Positions 11,712 through 25,900 of a stretch of DNA of 64,000 nucleotides are shown here, in pieces. A program made the translations under genes and the position numbers. Where the stretch lies: contig NC_087250.1 in NCBI RefSeq assembly GCF_037042905.1, forward strand, positions 13,332,001 to 13,396,000, written 5' to 3'. Under the pieces are notes generated by a model that saw only the letters and a program-made list of their open reading frames with translations, was not told the origin of the DNA and searched no databases. Position 1 is the first letter of the stretch. Each line of letters starts with the position of its first letter. The DNA is from Lytechinus pictus. Lineage: Eukaryota.

Positions 11712-14503
11712 CTTATTTCCAGCGCGGAGTATGCAACCATTTTATGTGTTCTGAATTTCCTATGTGTATCAATATAGTTTTTGCTTATTCCCTAAATAAA
11801 ATGCATCAGTTAATAAATTTCATATGAAAGGTCAGTCCCTCTCGCACGGGCCTTGGAACGGGGGGGGGGGGGGGGGAGACCACATTAAATTCTCAGAAAA
11901 AATTACATAACAACTTTAAAGAACTCCCTGCGTTTCGGGGCATCTTAGACGCCGTCCCCTTTTTTGTGCACCATTTAAAGTTCACCCCTAAATCGATGAA
12001 GTGATTAATGAAGATAACTCTGGTTAATTTTCATGACATAAAATGTTATTTTCGATTAGCGGCTAATTTATTACCAGCCCCCGGCCACCAAAGCGAAAAT
12101 GTTGGAATACACATACACACATAGCGCGCGCGATATTTTCGTCAACGCACCCCGACATTTCGGGGCACCCTAGACCCCGTCCCCCTTTTCTGTGCACCAA
12201 TGTTCACCCCTAGATCGATGAAGTGATTAATAAAGATCAATTTGGTTGATTTTCAAGAAATAAAATCCTGATTTCGATTAGCGGCGAATTTATTACCAGA
12301 CCAAAGCGGAATTGTTTTAATACACGTACATAATATAGCACGCCATAATAGCAAGTGCCGTATTTTCGTCAATGCACCCCCACCTTTCGGGGCATCGTAG
12401 ACCCCGTCCCCCTTTTCTGTGCACCAATGTTCACCCCTAGATCGATAAAGTGATTAATAAAGATCAATTTGGTTGATTTTCAAGAAATAAAATCCTGATT
12501 TCGATTAGCGGCGAATTTATTACCAGACCAAAGCGGAATTGTTGGAATACACGTACATAATATAGCACGCCATAATAGCAAGTGCCGTATTTTCGTCAAT
12601 GCACCCCCACCTTTCGGGGCATCGTAGACCCCGTCCCCCTTTTCTGTGCACCAATGTTCACCCCTAGATCGATGAAGTGATTGATAAAGATCAATTTGGT
12701 TGATTTTCAAGACATAAAATGGTGATTTCGATTAGCGGCGAATTTATTACCAGACCAAAGCGGAATTGTTGGAATACACGTACATAATATAGCACGCCAT
12801 AATAGCAAGTGCCGTATTTTCGTCAATGCACCCCCACCTTTCGGGGCATCGTAGACCCCGTCCCCCTTTTCTGTGCACCAATGTTCACCCCTAGATCGAT
12901 GAAGTGATTGATAAAGATCAATTTGGTTGATTTTCAAGACATAAAATGGTGATTTCGATTAGCGGCGAATTTATTACCAGACCAAAGCGGAATTGTTGGA
13001 ATACACGTACATAATATAGCACGCCATAATAGCAAGTGCCGTAGTTTCGTCAATGCACCCCCACCTTTCGGGGCATCGTAGACCCCGTCCCCCTTTTCTG
13101 TGCACCAATGTTCACCCCTAGATCGATGAAGTGATTAATAAAAATCAATTTGATTGATTTTCAGGAAATAAAATCGTGATTTCGATTAGCGGCGAATTTA
13201 TTACCAGACCAAAGCGGAATTGTTGGAATACACGTACATAATATAGCACGCCATAATAGCAAGTGCCGTATTTTCGTCAATGCATCCCCACATTTCGGGG
13301 CATCGTAGACCCCGTCCCCCTTTTCTGTGCACCAATGTTCACCCCTAGATCGATAAAGTGATTAATAAAGATCAATTTGGTTGATTTTCAAGAAATAAAA
13401 TCCTGATTTCGATTAGCGGCGAATTTATTACCAGACCAAAGCGGAATTGCTTGAATACACGTACATAATATAGCACGCCATAATATGAAGTGCCGTATTT
13501 TCGTCAATGCACCCCCACCTTTCGGGGCATCGTAGACCCCGTCCCCCTTTTCTGTGCACCAATGTTTACCCCTAGATCGATGGAGTAATTAATAAAGATC
13601 AATTTGGTTGATTTTCAAGAAATAAAATCGTGATTATGATTAGCGGCGAATTTATTACCAGACCATAGCGGAATTGTTTGAATACACGTACATAATATAG
13701 CACGCCATAATAGCAAGTGCCGTATTTTCGTCAATGCACCCCGACATTTCGGGGCATCGTATACCCCGTCCCCCTTTTCTGTGCACCAATGTTCATCCCT
13801 AGATGGATGAAGTGATTAATAAAGATCAATTTGGTTGATTTTCAAGAGATAAAATCCTGATTTCGATTAGCGGCGAATTTATTACCAGACCAAAGCGGAA
13901 TTGTTTGAATACACGTACATAATATAGCACGCCATAATAGCAAGTGCCGTATTTTCGTCAATGCACCCCCACCTTTCGGGGCATCGTAGACCCCGTCCCC
14001 CTTTTCTGTGCACCAATGTTCACCCCTAGATCGATGAAGTGATTAATAAAGATCAATTTGGCTGATTTTCAAGAAATAAAATCGTGATTTTGATTAGCGG
14101 CGAATTTATTACCAGACCAAAGCGGAATTGTTTGAATACACGTACATAATATAGCACGCCATAATAGCAAGTGCCGTATTTTCGTCAATGCACCCCCACC
14201 TTTCGGGGCATCGTAGACCCCGTCCCCCTTTTCTGTGCACCAATGTTCACCCCTAGATCGATAAAGTGATTAATAAATATCAATTTGGTTGATTTTCAAG
14301 AAATAAAATCGTGATTTCGATTAGCGGCGAATTTATTACCAGACCAAAGCGGAATTGTTTGAATACACGTACATAATATAGCACGCCATAATAGCAAGTG
14401 CCGTATTTTCGTCAATGCACCCCCATCTTTCGGTGCATCGTAGACCCCGTCCCCCTTTTCTGTGCACCAATGTTCACCCCTAGATCGATGAAGTGATTGA
14501 TAA

Positions 14504-16942
14504 TAGGAGTGGGCTATACATGGGTCAAAAATACTTTTTTTGTAATTTCAATATGACAACAGTTTTTTTTTATTCCTTGTAATGTATCTCAACATGAAAT
14601 GACAATATTTTTTGTCTCGGGTCCGAGAAAAAAGTGTGCCGGGCCAAAATCCAAAATGGCCGCCAAAACCCCCCAAAATCACAGTTTTGGCCACAACTTT
14701 TTTATTTGGTGGTCAATTTCTCTGGTTTTGGTGTCTATTCATATGTTTTGGGGGGCAGGCAATTTGTTTTTCCTATATTTAGTATTTTTAAACCATTATT
14801 TGTAGAGTTAAAAGGTAATTATACCTAAATTTTCCAATTTTTGTAGCCTTTTTTCAGCCAAAAAGTAGGTTTTATCATCCTGGGGTTCTGGGATATTAGA
14901 TGGTACGAGGTCAACAATAGCAAGCAGCTTCATATAGCTATATTGCTTTTATTCCTCCACTTTGGGTTTTACGGATATTTGTGAAATATATCTTATTAAA
15001 TAAAAAAATGTCAGTTATCCATTGGGGCTATACAGTATATACAATGTACTGTACATACATGTACATACTGCACTGCATAAATGCATTGGCCACCATGACA
15101 TATAACAAGGCTTGTATAAACTATAGTGTCATAGAAATGAGCTCTCAGGTTTAGAATTAGATGCCTCAGAAATTGAAGATATGTTTTGTCCCAGAAATTG
15201 AGGACATGTTTTGTCAAATATGCTAATTCTCGCTACCCCAAATAGCGATTTCGCCGAGATCTGGGAAAATCCCTGTAACGTGCATTGCATTATGGGATAG
15301 CTTTTTCGGTATTACAACTTCCTGTTCGGAAGTCCAATGCACTGTTTTGCCATTCAGATCAACAGTGCCGTCATGCACAACAACACAACGTCGCTTTCGC
15401 TCGGAAAGTTCGTGATCACAACCCTCTCTTTCACGATACAGTTTAACAGTTTTACAGCCTTTTCTGCTTAAGTCACTAATTCTGCCCGACGCTTTCCATT
15501 GCACGGTATTCATCTGTCAGTTAAGATTTTTTTAAGTTCCGAAACTGATTTTTATCAATTTTGTGGTCGACGAAAAATTGAACGAAATTAATGCTGTATA
15601 TATTTAGCGTCTAGTTGAATACGATCGTGATGTCAGGCCGGTCGCTAAATGCAAAATTTTAAGATATTCATTATTTGTTTGATTTTTTATAACCAAATAA
15701 AAACATGAATAAAAATTATTTTCACGTGAAATATATATTTTTTATTTTATTTATAATTCAAATGGAATCAAAACTGACCAAATGTAATAAAAAGTATTAT
15801 ACTCTGTACATATTACGCTGATTGGCATCGGTTTCAGCGTGGTGGAAAACTCAGTATCGCGAACCTCGCGCGAGCATGACTCTAAACCGGAAGTGGTGAT
15901 GACGACCCGACGGAGTGAAAATTATCTCGTCTCGCGCATTATGAGATTTTTGTTCCTATTTGGGGTAGCGAGAATTCAGGGGGCGGAGAGAGGTAATTTA
16001 CACTGTAGCTATTCTGGGCCCCGTTGCATAAAAATTTACCATTATGTTAACTTAACTTAATGGTAACTTGCATGCAATCCTTTATTCTGATTGGCTGTTG
16101 ATCAGCGTTACCATGATACTAGTAGTTATCTGACCCCATAAACATAGGCCAGTTAGACACCAGAACCAGGTTTTTAAAAAAGCCTCCAAATGAAGAAGAT
16201 ATGGCTAAAAATTTGATGTACATATATATACATGTATGTGATATTTACATGTAAGTGTAATTTATGTTGCTGGTTTCACCATGTACATCAGCTGACAAGG
16301 TATCAAATTCACAATCTAATTCTAAACCTTTGAAGCTCATTTCTATGACACTAGTTTATATACAGGCCTTGTCATATGCCATGGTGGTCAATGCATGGAT
16401 ATATGCAGTGTAGTATGTACAGTGCATTGTACACCGTATAGCCCCTATGGATAAATGACATTTTCTTTTATTTCACAAATATCCGTAAAACCCAAAGTGG
16501 AGGAATAAAAGCAATATAGCTATATGAAGCTGCTTGCTATTGTTGACCTCGTACCATCTAATATCCCAGAACCCCAGGATGATAAAACCTACTTTTTGGC
16601 TGAAAAAAGGCTACAAAAATTGGAAAATTTAGGTATAATTACCTTTTAACTCTACAAATAATGGAATAAAAGTACTAATTATAGGAAAAACAAATTGCCT
16701 GCCCCCCAAAACATATGAATAGACACCAAAACCAGAGAAATTGACCACCAAATAAAAAAGTTGTGGCCAAAACTGTGATTTTGGGGGGTTTTGGCGGCCA
16801 TTTTGGATTTTGGCCCGGCACACTTTTTTCTCGGACCCGAGACAAAAAATATTGTCATTTCATGTTGAGATAAGGTAAAAGGAACACAAAAAAACTGTTC
16901 CCACAGTAAAACCAAAAATCACCCATTTATAGCCCACTCCTA
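14504..16942. mobile_element. 2.4-kb long-TIR non-autonomous DNA element inserted in the satellite
   Basis: TAGGAGTGGGCTATA ... TATAGCCCACTCCTA; inverted arms ~14504-15162 vs ~16314-16942; TSD TTGATAA (14497-14503 and 16943-16949; boundary ambiguous, 3, 5 or 7 bp). The satellite resumes in register after it. Confidence 0.9.
15229..15972. mobile_element. MITE nested within the 2.4-kb element
   Basis: Perfect TIR CTCGCTACCCCAAATAG / CTATTTGGGGTAGCGAG flanked by AATT on both sides (a 4-bp AWWT TSD would fit Sola1; inference). Confidence 0.78.
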
Positions 16943-19900
16943 TTGATAAAGATCAATTTGGTTGATTTTCAAGAAATAAAATCGTGATTTCGATTAGCGG
17001 CGAATTTATTACCAGACCAAAGCGGAATTGTTTGAATACACGTACATATAGCACGCCATAATAGCAAGTGCCGTATTTTCGTCAATGCACCCCCACCTTT
17101 CGGGGCATCGTGACCCCGTCCCCCTTTTCTGTGCACCAATGTTCACCCCTAGATCGATGAAGTGATTAATAAAGATCAATTTGGTTGATTTTCAAGAAAT
17201 AAAATCGTGATTTCGATTAGCGGCGAATGTATTACCAGACCAAAGCGGAATTGTTTGAATACACGTACATAATATAGCACGCCATAATAGCAAGTGCCGT
17301 ATTTTCGTCAATGCACCCCCACCTTTCGGGGCATCGTAAACCCCGTCCCCCTTTTCTGTGCACCAATGTTCACCCCTAGATCGATAAAGTGATTAATAAA
17401 GATCAATTTGGTTGATTTTCAAGAAATAAAATCCTGATTTCGATTAGCGGCGAATTTATTACCAGACCAAAGCGGAATTGTTTGAATACACGTACATAAT
17501 ATAGCACGCCATAATAGCAAGTGCCGTATTTTCGTCAATGCACCCCTACCTTTCTGGGCATCGTAGACCCCGTCCCCCTTTTCTGTGCACCAATGTTCAC
17601 CCCTAGATCGATAAAGTGATTGATAAAGATCAATTTGGTTGATTTTCAAGAAATAAAATCCTGATTTCGATTAGCGGCGAATTTATTACCAGTAGACCAA
17701 AGCGGAATTGTTTGAATACACGTACATAATATAGCACGCCATAATAGCAAGTGCCGTATTTTCGTCAATGCACCCCCACCTTTCGGGGCATCGTAGACCC
17801 CGTCCCCCTTTTCTGTGCACCAATGTTCACCCCTAGATCGATGAAGTGATTGATAAAGATCAATTTGGTTGATTTTCAAGAAATAAAATCCTGATTTCGA
17901 TTAGCGGCGAATTTATTACCAGACCAAAGCGGAATTGTTTGAATACACGTACATATAGCACGCCATAATAGCAAGTGCCGTATTTTCGTCAATGCACCCC
18001 CACCTTTCGGGGCATCGTGACCCCGTCCCCCTTTTCTGTGCACCAATGTTCACCCCTAGATCGATGAAGTGATTAATAAAGATCAATTTGGTTGATTTTC
18101 AAGAAATAAAATCGTGATTTCGATTAGCGGCGAATGTATTACCAGACCAAAGCGGAATTGTTTGAATACACGTACATAATATAGCACGCCATAATAGCAA
18201 GTGCCGTATTTTCGTCAATGCACCCCCACCTTTCGGGGCATCGTAAACCCCGTCCCCCTTTTCTGTGCACCAATGTTCACCCCTAGATCGATAAAGTGAT
18301 TAATAAAGATCAATTTGGTTGATTTTCAAGAAATAAAATCCTGATTTCGATTAGCGGCGAATTTATTACCAGACCAAAGCGGAATTGTTTGAATACACGT
18401 ACATAATATAGCACGCCATAATAGCAAGTGCCGTATTTTCGTCAATGCACCCCCACCTTTCGGGGCATCGTAGACCCCGTCCCCCTTTTCTGTGCACCAA
18501 TGTTCACCCCTAGATCGATAAAGTGATTAATAAAGATCAATTTGGATGATTTTCAAGAAATAAAATCGTGATTTCGATTAGCGGCGAATTTATTACCAGA
18601 CCAAAGCGGAATTGTTGGAATACACGTACATAATATAGCACGCCATAATAGCAAGTGCCGTATTTTCGTCAATGCACCCCTACCTTTCTGGGCATCGTAG
18701 ACCCCGTCCCCCTTTTCTGTGCACCAATGTTCACCCCTAGATCGATAAAGTGATTGATAAAGATCAATTTGGTTGATTTTCAAGAAATAAAATCCTGATT
18801 TCGATTAGCGGCGAATTTATTACCAGTAGACCAAAGCGGAATTGTTTGAATACACGTACATAATATAGCACGCCATAATAGCAAGTGCCGTATTTTCGTC
18901 AATGCACCCCCACCTTTCGGGGCATCGTGACCCCGTCCCCCTTTTCTGTGCACCTATGTTCACCCCTAGATCGATGAAGTGATTAATAAAGATCAATTTG
19001 GTTGATTTTCAAGAAATAAAATCGTGATTTCGATTAGCGGCGAATGTATTACCAGACCAAAGCGGAATTGTTTGAATACACGTACATAATATAGCACGCC
19101 ATAATAGCAAGTGCCGTATTTTCGTCAATGCACCCCCACCTTTCGGGGCATCGTAAACCCCGTCCCCCTTTTCTGTGCACCAATGTTCACCCCTAGATCG
19201 ATAAAGTGATTAATAAAGATCAATTTGGATGATTTTCAAGAAATAAAATCGTGATTTCGATTAGCGGCGAATTTATTACCAGACCAAAGCGGAATTGTTG
19301 GAATACACGTACATAATATAGCACGCCATAATAGCAAGTGCCGTATTTTCGTCAATGCACCCCTACCTTTCTGGGCATCGTAGACCCCGTCCCCCTTTTC
19401 TGTGCACCAATGTTCACCCCTAGATCGATAAAGTGATTGATAAAGATCAATTTGGTTGATTTTCAAGAAATAAAATCCTGATTTCGATTAGCGGCGAATT
19501 TATTACCAGACCGAAGCGGAATTGTTTGAATACACGTACATATAGCACGCCATAATAGCAAGTGCCGTATTTTCGTCAATGCACCCCCACCTTTCGGGGC
19601 ATCGTGACCCCGTCCCCCTTTTCTGTGCACCAATGTTCACCCCTAGATCGATGAAGTGATTAATAAAGATCAATTTGGTTGATTTTCAAGAAATAAAATC
19701 GTGATTTCGATTAGCGGCGAATGTATTACCAGACCAAAGCGGAATTGTTTGAATACACGTACATAATATAGCACGCCATAATATCAAGTGCCGTATTTTC
19801 GTCAATGCACCCCCACCTTTCGGGGCATCGTAAACCCCGTCCCCCTTTTCTGTGCACCAATGTTCACCCCTAGATCGATAAAGTGATTAATAAAGATCAA

Positions 19901-22900
19901 TTTGGTTGATTTTCAAGAAATAAAATCCTGATTTCGATTAGCGGCGAATTTATTACCAGACCAAAGCGGAATTGTTTGAATACACGTACATAATATAGCA
20001 CGCCATAATAGCAAGTGCCGTATTTTCGTCAATGCACCCCTACCTTTCTGGGCATCGTAGACCCCGTCCCCCTTTTCTGTGCACCAATGTTCACCCCTAG
20101 ATCGATAAAGTGATTGATAAAGATCAATTTGGTTGATTTTCAAGAAATAAAATCCTGATTTCGATTAGCGGCGAATTTATTACCAGTAGACCAAAGCGGA
20201 ATTGTTTGAATACACGTACATAATATAGCACGCCATAATAGCAAGTGCCGTATTTTCGTCAATGCACCCCCACCTTTCGGGGCATCGTAGACCCCGTCCC
20301 CCTTTTCTGTGCACCAATGTTCACCCCTAGATCGATGAAGTGATTGATAAAGATCAATTTGGTTGATTTTCAAGAAATAAAATCGTGATTTCGATTAGCG
20401 GCGAATTTATTACCAGACCAAAGCGGAATTGTTTGAATACACGTACATATAGCACGCCATAATAGCAAGTGCCATATTTTCGTCAATGCACCCCCACCTT
20501 TCGGGGCATCGTGACCCCGTCCCCCTTTTCTGTGCACCAATGTTCACCCCTAGATCGATGAAGTGATTAATAAAGATCAATTTGGTTGATTTTCAAGAAA
20601 TAAAATCGTGATTTCGATTAGCGGCGAATGTATTACCAGACCAAAGCGGAATTGTTTGAATACACGTACATAATATAGCACGCCATAATAGCAAGTGCCG
20701 TATTTTCGTCAATGCACCCCCACCTTTCGGGGCATCGTAAACCCCGTCCCCCTTTTCTGTGCACCAATGTTCACCCCTAGATCGATAAAGTGATTAATAA
20801 AGATCAATTTGGTTGATTTTCAAGAAATAAAATCCTGATTTCGATTAGCGGCGAATTTATTACCAGACCAAAGCGGAATTGTTTGAATACACGTACATAA
20901 TATAGCACGCCATAATAGCAAGTGCCGTATTTTCGTCAATGCACCCCCACCTTTCGGGGCATCGTAGACCCCGTCCCCCTTTTCTGTGCACCAATGTTCA
21001 CCCCTAGATCGATAAAGTGATTAATAAAGATCAATTTGGATGATTTTCAAGAAATAAAATCCTGATTTCGATTAGCGGCGAATTTATTACCAGACCAAAG
21101 CGGAATTGTTGGAATACACGTACATAATATAGCACGCCATAATAGCAAGTGCCGTATTTTCGTCAATGCACCCCTACCTTTCTGGGCATCGTAGACCCCG
21201 TCCCCCTTTTCTGTGCACCAATGTTCACCCCTAGATCGATAAAGTGATTGATAAAGATCAATTTGGTTGATTTTCAAGAAATAAAATCCTGATTTCGATT
21301 AGCGGCGAATTTATTACCAGTAGACCAAAGCGGAATTGTTTGAATACACGTACATAATATAGCACGCCATAATAGCAAGTGCCGTATTTTGGTCAATGCA
21401 CCCCCACCTTTCGGGGCATCGTAGACCCCGTCCCCCTTTTCTGTGCACCAATGTTCACCCCTAGATCGATAAAGTGATTAATAAAGATCAATTTGGATGA
21501 TTTTCAAGAAATAAAATCCTGATTTCGATTAGCGGCGAATTTATTACCAGACCAAAGCGGAATTGTTGGAATACACGTACATAATATAGCACGCCATAAT
21601 AGCAAGTGCCGTATTTTCGTCAATGCACCCCTACCTTTCTGGGCATCGTAGACCCCGTCCCCCTTTTCTGTGCACCAATGTTCACCCCTAGATCGATAAA
21701 GTGATTGATAAAGATCAATTTGGTTGATTTTCAAGAAATAAAATCCTGATTTCGATTAGCGGCGAATTTATTACCAGTAGACCAAAGCGGAATTGTTTGA
21801 ATACACGTACATAATATAGCACGCCATAATAGCAAGTGCCGTATTTTCGTCAATGCACCCCCACCTTTCGGGGCATCGTGACCCCGTCCCCCTTTTCTGT
21901 GCACCTATGTTCACCCCTAGATCGATGAAGTGATTAATAAAGATCAATTTGGTTGATTTTCAAGAAATAAAATCGTGATTTCGATTAGCGGCGAATGTAT
22001 TACCAGACCAAAGCGGAATTGTTTGAATACACGTACATAATATAGCACGCCATAATAGCAAGTGCCGTATTTTCGTCAATGCACCCCCACCTTTCGGGGC
22101 ATCGTAAACCCCGTCCCCCTTTTCTGTGCACCAATGTTCACCCCTAGATCGATAAAGTGATTAATAAAGATCAATTTGGTTGATTTTCAAGAAATAAAAT
22201 CCTGATTTCGATTAGCGGCGAATTTATTACCAGACCAAAGCGGAATTGTTTGAATACACGTACATAATATAGCACGCCATAATAGCAAGTGCCGTATTTT
22301 GGTCAATGCACCCCCACCTTTCGGGGCATCGTAGACCCCGTCCCCCTTTTCTGTGCACCAATGTTCACCCCTAGATCGATAAAGTGATTAATAAAGATCA
22401 ATTTGGATGATTTTCAAGAAATAAAATCGTGATTTCGATTAGCGGCGAATTTATTACCAGACCAAAGCGGAATTGTTGGAATACACGTACATAATATAGC
22501 ACGCCATAATAGCAAGTGCCGTATTTTCGTCAATGCACCCCTACCTTTCTGGGCATCGTAGACCCCGTCCCCCTTTTCTGTGCACCAATGTTCACCCCTA
22601 GATCGATAAAGTGATTGATAAAGATCAATTTGGTTGATTTTCAAGAAATAAAATCCTGATTTCGATTAGCGGCGAATTTATTACCAGTAGACCAAAGCGG
22701 AATTGTTTGAATACACGTACATAATATAGCACGCCATAATAGCAAGTGCCGTATTTTCGTCAATGCACCCCCACCTTTCGGGGCATCGTGACCCCGTCCC
22801 CCTTTTCTGTGCACCTATGTTCACCCCTAGATCGATGAAGTGATTAATAAAGATCAATTTGGTTGATTTTCAAGAAATAAAATCGTGATTTCGATTAGCG

Positions 22901-25900
22901 GCGAATGTATTACCAGACCAAAGCGGAATTGTTTGAATACACGTACATAATATAGCACGCCATAATAGCAAGTGCCGTATTTTCGTCAATGCACCCCCAC
23001 CTTTCGGGGCATCGTAAACCCCGTCCCCCTTTTCTGTGCACCAATGTTCACCCCTAGATCGATAAAGTGATTAATAAAGATCAATTTGGATGATTTTCAA
23101 GAAATAAAATCGTGATTTCGATTAGCGGCGAATTTATTACCAGACCAAAGCGGAATTGTTGGAATACACGTACATAATATAGCACGCCATAATAGCAAGT
23201 GCCGTATTTTCGTCAATGCACCCCTACCTTTCTGGGCATCGTAGACCCCGTCCCCCTTTTCTGTGCACCAATGTTCACCCCTAGATCGATAAAGTGATTG
23301 ATAAAGATCAATTTGGTTGATTTTCAAGAAATAAAATCCTGATTTCGATTAGCGGCGAATTTATTACCAGACCAAAGCGGAATTGTTTGAATACACGTAC
23401 ATATAGCACGCCATAATAGCAAGTGCCGTATTTTCGTCAATGCACCCCCACCTTTCGGGGCATCGTGACCCCGTCCCCCTTTTCTGTGCACCAATGTTCA
23501 CCCCTAGATCGATGAAGTGATTAATAAAGATCAATTTGGTTGATTTTCAAGAAATAAAATCGTGATTTCGATTAGCGGCGAATGTATTACCAGACCAAAG
23601 CGGAATTGTTTGAATACACGTACATAATATAGCACGCCATAATAGCAAGTGCCGTATTTTCGTCAATGCACCCCCACCTTTCGGGGCATCGTAAACCCCG
23701 TCCCCCTTTTCTGTGCACCAATGTTCACCCCTAGATCGATAAAGTGATTAATAAAGATCAATTTGGTTGATTTTCAAGAAATAAAATCCTGATTTCGATT
23801 AGCGGCGAATTTATTACCAGACCAAAGCGGAATTGTTTGAATACACGTACATAATATAGCACGCCATAATAGCAAGTGCCGTATTTTCGTCAATGCACCC
23901 CTACCTTTCTGGGCATCGTAGACCCCGTCCCCCTTTTCTGTGCACCAATGTTCACCCCTAGATCGATAAAGTGATTGATAAAGATCAATTTGGTTGATTT
24001 TCAAGAAATAAAATCCTGATTTCGATTAGCGGCGAATTTATTACCAGTAGACCAAAGCGGAATTGTTTGAATACACGTACATAATATAGCACGCCATAAT
24101 AGCAAGTGCCGTATTTTCGTCAATGCACCCCCACCTTTCGGGGCATCGTAGACCCCGTCCCCCTTTTCTGTGCACCAATGTTCACCCCTAGATCGATGAA
24201 GTGATTGATAAAGATCAATTTGGTTGATTTTCAAGAAATAAAATCGTGATTTCGATTAGCGGCGAATTTATTACCAGACCAAAGCGGAATTGTTTGAATA
24301 CACGTACATATAGCACGCCATAATAGCAAGTGCCATATTTTCGTCAATGCACCCCCACCTTTCGGGGCATCGTGACCCCGTCCCCCTTTTCTGTGCACCA
24401 ATGTTCACCCCTAGATCGATGAAGTGATTAATAAAGATCAATTTGGTTGATTTTCAAGAAATAAAATCGTGATTTCGATTAGCGGCGAATGTATTACCAG
24501 ACCAAAGCGGAATTGTTTGAATACACGTACATAATATAGCACGCCATAATAGCAAGTGCCGTATTTTCGTCAATGCACCCCCACCTTTCGGGGCATCGTA
24601 AACCCCGTCCCCCTTTTCTGTGCACCAATGTTCACCCCTAGATCGATAAAGTGATTAATAAAGATCAATTTGGTTGATTTTCAAGAAATAAAATCCTGAT
24701 TTCGATTAGCGGCGAATTTATTACCAGACCAAAGCGGAATTGTTTGAATACACGTACATAATATAGCACGCCATAATAGCAAGTGCCGTATTTTCGTCAA
24801 TGCACCCCCACCTTTCGGGGCATCGTAGACCCCGTCCCCCTTTTCTGTGCACCAATGTTCACCCCTAGATCGATAAAGTGATTAATAAAGATCAATTTGG
24901 ATGATTTTCAAGAAATAAAATCCTGATTTCGATTAGCGGCGAATTTATTACCAGTAGACCAAAGCGGAATTGTTTGAATACACGTACATAATATAGCACG
25001 CCATAATAGCAAGTGCCGTATTTTCGTCAATGCACCCCCACCTTTCGGGGCATCGTAGACCCCGTCCCCCTTTTCTGTGCACCAATGTTCACCCCTAGAT
25101 CGATGAAGTGATTGATAAAGATCAATTTGGTTGATTTTCAAGAAATAAAATCGTGATTTCGATTAGCGGCGAATTTATTACCAGACCAAAGCGGAATTGT
25201 TTGAATACACGTACATATAGCACGCCATAATAGCAAGTGCCGTATTTTCGTCAATGCACCCCCACCTTTCGGGGCATCGTGACCCCGTCCCCCTTTTCTG
25301 TGCACCAATGTTCACCCCTAGATCGATGAAGTGATTAATAAAGATCAATTTGGTTGATTTTCAAGAAATAAAATCGTGATTTCGATTAGCGGCGAATGTA
25401 TTACCAGACCAAAGCGGAATTGTTTGAATACACGTACATAATATAGCACGCCATAATAGCAAGTGCCGTATTTTCGTCAATGCACCCCCACCTTTCGGGG
25501 CATCGTAAACCCCGTCCCCCTTTTCTGTGCACCAATGTTCACCCCTAGATCGATAAAGTGATTAATAAAGATCAATTTGGTTGATTTTCAAGAAATAAAA
25601 TCCTGATTTCGATTAGCGGCGAATTTATTACCAGACCAAAGCGGAATTGTTTGAATACACGTACATAATATAGCACGCCATAATAGCAAGTGCCGTATTT
25701 TCGTCAATGCACCCCCACCTTTCGGGGCATCGTAGACCCCGTCCCCCTTTTCTGTGCACCAATGTTCACCCCTAGATCGATAAAGTGATTAATAAAGATC
25801 AATTTGGATGATTTTCAAGAAATAAAATCGTGATTTCGATTAGCGGCGAATTTATTACCAGACCAAAGCGGAATTGTTGGAATACACGTACATAATATAG

